Shown: positions 59,084 through 64,000 of the stretch, piece after piece
How positions within the stretch are numbered: the first letter of the stretch is position 1
How the letters are laid out: each line of letters starts with the position of its first letter
NCBI GenBank assembly: GCA_034670305.1
Contig: JAXMNT010000033.1
Location: 20,386-84,385 of the forward strand
DNA: 64,000 nt
Reading direction: 5' to 3'
DNA from: Deltaproteobacteria bacterium
GTDB taxonomy: Bacteria > Myxococcota_A > Polyangia > Polyangiales > Houyiibacteriaceae
Program-made: the position numbers and the translations under genes
Notes under the pieces: generated by a model
Database searches by the model: none
Seen by the model: only the letters and a program-made list of their open reading frames with translations
What the model was told of the DNA's origin: nothing

Positions 59084-60421
59084 GTGCGCCCAGTTCGTTC
59101 ACCCGCGCGACCCTGGCTTGGCTGGGGTTGGCTGCTTTGTCTGGGCGCCTGCGGGGATGCGGACGCGGCCGTGCCCGTCCACCCATCGGCGACGCCCGAG
59201 GTCCATGCGGCCGCGGACGTGCGAGAATCCAGCACCGAGCCGCCGCTCCGTGCACACACGGCGGAACCACGACCGACCGTGCTCTGGGTCGCGGGCGACG
59301 TCCTGACCACCGACGCGCTCCGGGACTACGCGCGCTCCGTGGAGGACCCGGGCGCCGGCTTCGCGCGCATCCTCGAACCGGTGGCGCGGTACTGGCGCAA
59401 CGACGGGTTCGTGCTCGCGAATCTGGAGACACCGATGGCCCAAGAGCGCCGCAACGCGCTCGCCGGAGACGCTTGGACCGACGACCAACTCGCACCGCGC
59501 TTCCTGCAAGCACCCGAGTGGTTGGCGGACGGCCTCGCGCTGGCGGGCGTCGACGGGGTCACCCTCGCGAACAACCACGCGATGGACCAGGAGGCCAGCG
59601 GCCTGATGGAGACGATCGACGCCTCCCGACGGGCCGGTCTGGCGGTGCTTGGCGCCGGCCGCGCGCCCGACCACCACTGGCCGCTCGTACTCGGCGACGA
59701 CGGCGCCACGATGGCGGTGCTCGCGCTCTACGATGGGCGACGCCAGCGCTACCTCGATCCAGGCGACCCGGCGCGCGCGTTCCTCGACGACGCGGCGTTC
59801 GAACGGGTCGCCGCGCTCGACGCCGAACACGACGCGGTGGTGGTGATCGTGCACGTGCTCGGTGAGCTGCGCGACCACACCCGCGACCGATGGGAGGAAT
59901 GGGCGCTTCGCCTGGTCGAAGTGGGCGCCGACGCGATCGTGGTGCACGGCACCCACGTGGTCTTGCCGGCGGCGTTCATCGACCACCCCCACGAAGATCG
60001 AACGGTCCCCATCGCGTGGGGCCTTGGCAACTTCGTCACCGACATGGGCCGCGACGCGCGCCCTTGGCGCCGCGGCCGCGATCTCCCGAAGACGCAATCG
60101 CCGCGGGTGCGGGAGTCCCTGCTCGCTCGGGTCGAACTTCGAACCCACGGCGAACTCGAGATGCGCTTCGTTTCCGCATGGATGAACGACGACCGTTACG
60201 TGCGCTGGCGCGGCGGACTCACAGGCGGCGACGTGGTCGAGTTCGAGCTCTTGCCGATGCGCGCGTGCCCCGACCCGGTCGACCTGCCCCCTGCGTGGCC
60301 AAGCGCATTGCAAACGGAGATGCGCGACTGGATCACTCGAAGTCGAGACTACGTCGTGCGTCACACCGGTCTCCAGCCGAGCAGCTGCGACGCCGACCCG
60401 CCCTGGCTCTGGCTGCACTGA
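59084..60421 (+). CDS. CapA/PGA_cap-family metallophosphatase lipoprotein
   Basis: AGD, NLE, LANNH.MD, H..GE, HV, LGNF; LGAC lipobox. Confidence 0.88.
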   Translation: MRPVRSPARPWLGWGWLLCLGACGDADAAVPVHPSATPEVHAAADVRESSTEPPLRAHTAEPRPTVLWVAGDVLTTDALRDYARSVEDPGAGFARILEPVARYWRNDGFVLANLETPMAQERRNALAGDAWTDDQLAPRFLQAPEWLADGLALAGVDGVTLANNHAMDQEASGLMETIDASRRAGLAVLGAGRAPDHHWPLVLGDDGATMAVLALYDGRRQRYLDPGDPARAFLDDAAFERVAALDAEHDAVVVIVHVLGELRDHTRDRWEEWALRLVEVGADAIVVHGTHVVLPAAFIDHPHEDRTVPIAWGLGNFVTDMGRDARPWRRGRDLPKTQSPRVRESLLARVELRTHGELEMRFVSAWMNDDRYVRWRGGLTGGDVVEFELLPMRACPDPVDLPPAWPSALQTEMRDWITRSRDYVVRHTGLQPSSCDADPPWLWLH

Positions 60422-60487
60422 GCCGGCCAGCAGGTATGCTGTCCCGGCATGCGGAAACGCGCACCATTCACTGCCGAGAGACCAGCC

Positions 60488-61156
60488 ATGGTGAAGATGC
60501 CTCTCTTGCTCGCGGCGGGGCTCCTGTTGGTCGTGCTCGGCACGTTGGGCGGCGAGCCGAACGCGCACGCCCAGAACGCCGACGACGCGTACCGCGCGCA
60601 TGTGAAGCTCGTCGTGCTCGGGCGTTTCGATGCCGCGCTCGAGCGTGCGATCGCAGACGGGCTGACCCGCGAGCTGCAGGTCCGGGTCGAATCGCTGCCG
60701 CGCCGCGCGCTTCCCCAGGCGGCCTACTACGCGCCGCGCCGGAGGTACCGCGCGGACCGGTTGCTCGACCACCTGCGCGCCGAACTCGAGAACGAACCGA
60801 ACCAGGTGAAGGTGATCGGCTTCACCTCGTCCGACATCTCCACGACCGCACGCGGGCACCGCGACTGGGGCGTGTTCGGCCTCGGAGATCTCGGTGGCCG
60901 CGCCTCGGTGATCTCGACGCACCGTTTGCGCCGACGCGCACGCGACGCCGACCACCTGCGGTTCCGCGTGGTGAGCACCGCGATCCACGAGGTCGGCCAC
61001 ACACTCGGTCTGCGGCACTGCACCGAATCCCGATGTGTGATGAACGACGCGCACGGCACGATCCGGACCGTGGACAACAGCACCGGTCACCTGGGGCCGG
61101 AGTGCCGGGCCGAGGTCGAGCGAGACGCACCGGTGCGCCGCTGGCCCGTTCGCTGA
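60488..61156 (+). CDS. Archaemetzincin-like (M54) zinc metallopeptidase, exported
   Basis: HEVGHTLGLRHC....CVM; signal peptide. Confidence 0.88.
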   Translation: MVKMPLLLAAGLLLVVLGTLGGEPNAHAQNADDAYRAHVKLVVLGRFDAALERAIADGLTRELQVRVESLPRRALPQAAYYAPRRRYRADRLLDHLRAELENEPNQVKVIGFTSSDISTTARGHRDWGVFGLGDLGGRASVISTHRLRRRARDADHLRFRVVSTAIHEVGHTLGLRHCTESRCVMNDAHGTIRTVDNSTGHLGPECRAEVERDAPVRRWPVR

Positions 61157-61196
61157 CCGCCAGCGTCCCAACGCACGTTCCAACCCACGCCCCACG

Positions 61197-62510
61197 ATGT
61201 CGACCCCGAGACAGCTGAGCCTGACCACGGCGACGATGTTGGTCGTCGCGTCCATGATCGGCACCGGCGTCTTCACCACGACCGGGTTCCTCGTCGCGGA
61301 CTTGCACACGCCCCGCGCGGTGCTGGTGTGCTGGACCCTCGGCGGCGTCGCCGCGCTCTGCGGCGCCCTCGCCTACGGAGAACTCGCTGCGGCGTTCCCG
61401 AAGAACGGCGGCGAGTACGCGTTGCTCGGGCGCATCTACCACCCGGCGCTTGGGTTCGTGGCCGGCTTCGTCTCGCTCTTCGTTGGGTTCGCGGCGCCGA
61501 TCGCCGCCGGTGCGATCGCGTTCGGCGCGTACCTGCACCGCGCCATTCCATACGGACCGGACTGGTGGCCGCAGCTCGCGGGTTGCGCACTCATCGTGTT
61601 CGCATCGCTCTTGCACGCGTCGACGGTGCGCACGGGCAGCCGCACGCAGAACCTCTTCACCGCGCTCAAGGCCCTCCTCTTGCTCGGGTTCATCGGATTC
61701 GGCCTCGAAGCCGGCATCTACCAGCGCCTCTTCAGCGCGCAGGATCCGTGGCAAGGGTTGGCGACGCCGGAGATGGCGGTCGGCCTCGTGTACGTCTCCT
61801 TCGCCTACACCGGTTGGAACGCGGCGGCCTACGTGGCGGGCGAGACCCGGGCCCCGGAGAAGAACATCCCCCGCGCCCTGCTCCTCGGCACGCTGGTCGT
61901 CACGCTGCTCTACGTGGCTTTGAACGTGGTCTTCTTGATCTCGACCGATCTCGACGCGCTCTCGGGTCAGGTCGAAGTCGGGCACGTCGCGGCCGAAGCG
62001 CTCTTCGGTCCCACCGCCGCCCGCGTGCTCAGCCTGATCATCGCGCTCGGTCTTCTGAGCACCGTGGGGGCGATGGTGTTGACCGGACCGCGCATCTACG
62101 AGGCGATGGGCAAAGACCATCCGCGGCTCGCGGTGTTCGCGGTGCGGAGCGCCGGCGGAGGACCGACCTGGGCGACCTGGACGCAAGCCGCGGTTTCGAT
62201 CGCGATGGCCCTCACCGCGAGCTTCGACGCGCTCCTCGTCTACGCCGGCGTCTCGCTCAGCCTCTTCGCCGGGCTCACCGCGCTCGGCGTGTTCGTCTCC
62301 CGCTGGCGCGAGCCCGAACTCGAGCGCCCCTACCGCACGTGGCTGCATCCCTGGACCACCCTGGTGTTCCTCGGACTCACCGGCTGGATGATGGTGCACT
62401 CGCTCCTCGACCGACCGGTCGTCGCCCTCTATGTAGGCGGCACTTTGCTGGTCGGCGGGATCGCCTGGGCGGTGTTCGGCCGCCGCACCGCCGAACCCAG
62501 CTCGTTCTGA
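61197..62510 (+). CDS. APC-family amino acid permease
   Basis: MIGTGVF, Y.ELAA.FP..GG.Y, FAYTGW, GE...P..NIPRA, RPY. Confidence 0.93.
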   Translation: MSTPRQLSLTTATMLVVASMIGTGVFTTTGFLVADLHTPRAVLVCWTLGGVAALCGALAYGELAAAFPKNGGEYALLGRIYHPALGFVAGFVSLFVGFAAPIAAGAIAFGAYLHRAIPYGPDWWPQLAGCALIVFASLLHASTVRTGSRTQNLFTALKALLLLGFIGFGLEAGIYQRLFSAQDPWQGLATPEMAVGLVYVSFAYTGWNAAAYVAGETRAPEKNIPRALLLGTLVVTLLYVALNVVFLISTDLDALSGQVEVGHVAAEALFGPTAARVLSLIIALGLLSTVGAMVLTGPRIYEAMGKDHPRLAVFAVRSAGGGPTWATWTQAAVSIAMALTASFDALLVYAGVSLSLFAGLTALGVFVSRWREPELERPYRTWLHPWTTLVFLGLTGWMMVHSLLDRPVVALYVGGTLLVGGIAWAVFGRRTAEPSSF

Positions 62511-62641
62511 TCGGGTCGTTCGACTCTGGTCCAGGCGGAGGACGGAGTGGCCAGGTGGCTTGTGGAGTGGTCGGTTGTTTGTTCAAAAACATCAATGGTT
62601 TCGAGAGTCTGGCGCGGAACGTCTCTTGCTTTGTCCACGGC

Positions 62642-63880
62642 ATGCGTCTGATCACCATCCTTCTCGCCCTCGCCGGCTGCGCAACGCCCCTCGACCTGGA
62701 CGAGGCCGACTCGGTCGACGGACGGGCCGATGGCGCGGTGGCTGCGCTCGAAGGGACTCGCGAAGGCGACGGTGTGCTCAAGTTGCTCAACGACACCGAA
62801 GGAACGACCTTCGAGTTGCTGGACGACGACGTGCGCTTGGATCGGCGAGCCGCCGCGAACCTGATCGAAACCCGCGACGGTGCCGACGGTTTGCCAGGGA
62901 CCGAAGACGACGTCCTCTTCGAGACCATCGCGCAGGTCGACGAGGTTCGCTGGGTTGGCGCGACGGCGCTCGACCGACTGGCAGAGTTCGCGCGCCTCAA
63001 CGACTACGTCCCCGGCGACGACCAACTGCTCGGAACCTACGACGGGGTCGACTTCACCTACGTGCAGGGCGAGCTCGTGCTCGACCTGGTCAACGACGCG
63101 TCCGAGCAAGTGCTCGCCGATGCGTCGGTGCCCTCACGCGCCATCGCGTCGATCGTCGACGCGCGCCCCATCGCTTCGATCGGGGTGCTGGCCGAGCTCT
63201 ACTGGGTCGGCCCGCGCACGCTCGAGCATCTGCTCGCCGCCGTCACCGTCGTGGGCGGACCGGCCGGTGGCGAGGTCTGTACAAGCAACGCCGAGTGCAC
63301 CGGTGGCCTTCGCTGCGTGGGCTTGGCCTACGACGGTGAGTACTCCGACGAGGGCCATCCGCCCGGCGCCGTTCGGTACGGACTGTGCCGCGACACGTCC
63401 AACCGGGACGGCATCCAGGATGACTGCAACGTCGACTCGGACTGTGGGCCCCGCCTGATCTGCATCGGGCAGACGGTCTACACGCAGGGCTACTGCGCCG
63501 ACGACTGGATGCGCGGCACCTACACGGTGGGTGGTGAGTCGTCGATTCCGGCGGTCGTGATGACCGAGCCCACGGGTTCCCCGGTCTTGGTGATGGGTCA
63601 GGCCAGCGTCCCCGAAGACATCATCGTCGACCTCGACATCGAGCACAGCGATCCGTCCAGCCTCTGGATCGGGCTGCAGCCGCCGACCGGCCAAGAAGCC
63701 GTCACCCTCTGGGACGGCGCCACGATGACCGGCCCGATTCCGAGCCGCATCGTCGACCGCCGCATCGAGCGGGACAACTCGGTGAACGGACGCTTCACCC
63801 TGCTGATTCAGAACGTCGGTGGGCGCGGTGAGGGCGTGTTCCGCGGCTACTCGCTGACGGTCACCTCCCGCTGGGACTAG
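62642..63880 (+). CDS. Lipoprotein with two HhH-like repeats, Cys-rich repeats and a C-terminal proprotein-convertase P-like domain
   Basis: LAGC lipobox; ..WVG..L..L repeats; C..N..C...L.C; DI.H.....L..L..P.G, NG.F.L.I. Confidence 0.78.
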   Translation: MRLITILLALAGCATPLDLDEADSVDGRADGAVAALEGTREGDGVLKLLNDTEGTTFELLDDDVRLDRRAAANLIETRDGADGLPGTEDDVLFETIAQVDEVRWVGATALDRLAEFARLNDYVPGDDQLLGTYDGVDFTYVQGELVLDLVNDASEQVLADASVPSRAIASIVDARPIASIGVLAELYWVGPRTLEHLLAAVTVVGGPAGGEVCTSNAECTGGLRCVGLAYDGEYSDEGHPPGAVRYGLCRDTSNRDGIQDDCNVDSDCGPRLICIGQTVYTQGYCADDWMRGTYTVGGESSIPAVVMTEPTGSPVLVMGQASVPEDIIVDLDIEHSDPSSLWIGLQPPTGQEAVTLWDGATMTGPIPSRIVDRRIERDNSVNGRFTLLIQNVGGRGEGVFRGYSLTVTSRWD

Positions 63881-64000
63881 CAGGTTGCTGAAGAACGCCC
63901 GCAGGGCGTTCTCGCAGCCTGCCCCTTGCCCCTGCCCTTGCCTTTGCCCTTGCCCGCGGATCAGCGGTCAGATCGCTTGATCAGCGCGACGAGCATCGCG
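63877..64000. mobile_element. Second, inverted copy of the 27.7-28.0 kb element, truncated by the window end
   Basis: 122 of 124 nt identical to the reverse complement of 27914-28037 by manual alignment. Confidence 0.85.

Noticed and set aside
62570-62640. AT-rich patch upstream of the last lipoprotein as a sigma-54 promoter or foreign DNA
   Set aside because: GG-to-GC spacing is wrong and the patch is too short to indicate horizontal transfer; probably an ordinary promoter region

Overview
Very GC-rich bacterial DNA whose gene repertoire suggests Myxococcota (Polyangiales/Sandaracinaceae-like); this is inference from the eukaryote-type Ser/Thr kinases, CYP51, and an ECF sigma/anti-sigma module. 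(1) 270-15846, minus strand: a complete group 1h (high-affinity, actinobacterial-type) [NiFe]-hydrogenase operon, hypC-hypD-SIS-hypE-hhyS-hhyL-nifU-like-hhaABC-protease-hypA-hypB-PAS/PP2C-small ORF-hypF. (2) 15907-18276: a CYP51-ferredoxin fusion plus an Rv0762c-like NTF2 gene. (3) 24376-35802: the best candidate for an undescribed system, with two HxsC-like radical SAM proteins (one has two radical SAM domains), two B12-dependent radical SAM enzymes, three PhyH-like oxygenases with HxH instead of HxD, and two unknown proteins. Four of these proteins and a GT-C-like membrane protein at 41852 appear to share an unnamed ~70-aa module. (4) 35854-63880: glnS, a thioesterase, three Ser/Thr kinases (one fused to a sigma-like domain), a diguanylate cyclase, phosphoesterases, an ECF module, a reductase/MerR/diiron operon with an operator palindrome, and lipoproteins. 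A structured ~300-bp MITE/REPIN-like element occurs twice, each time abutting a TAG stop codon. Hexamer repeats with G3 tracts occur between and inside genes and are flanked by strongly C-skewed DNA. No rRNA, tRNA, CRISPR array or transposase gene was recognised. All assignments are from motif reading by eye.
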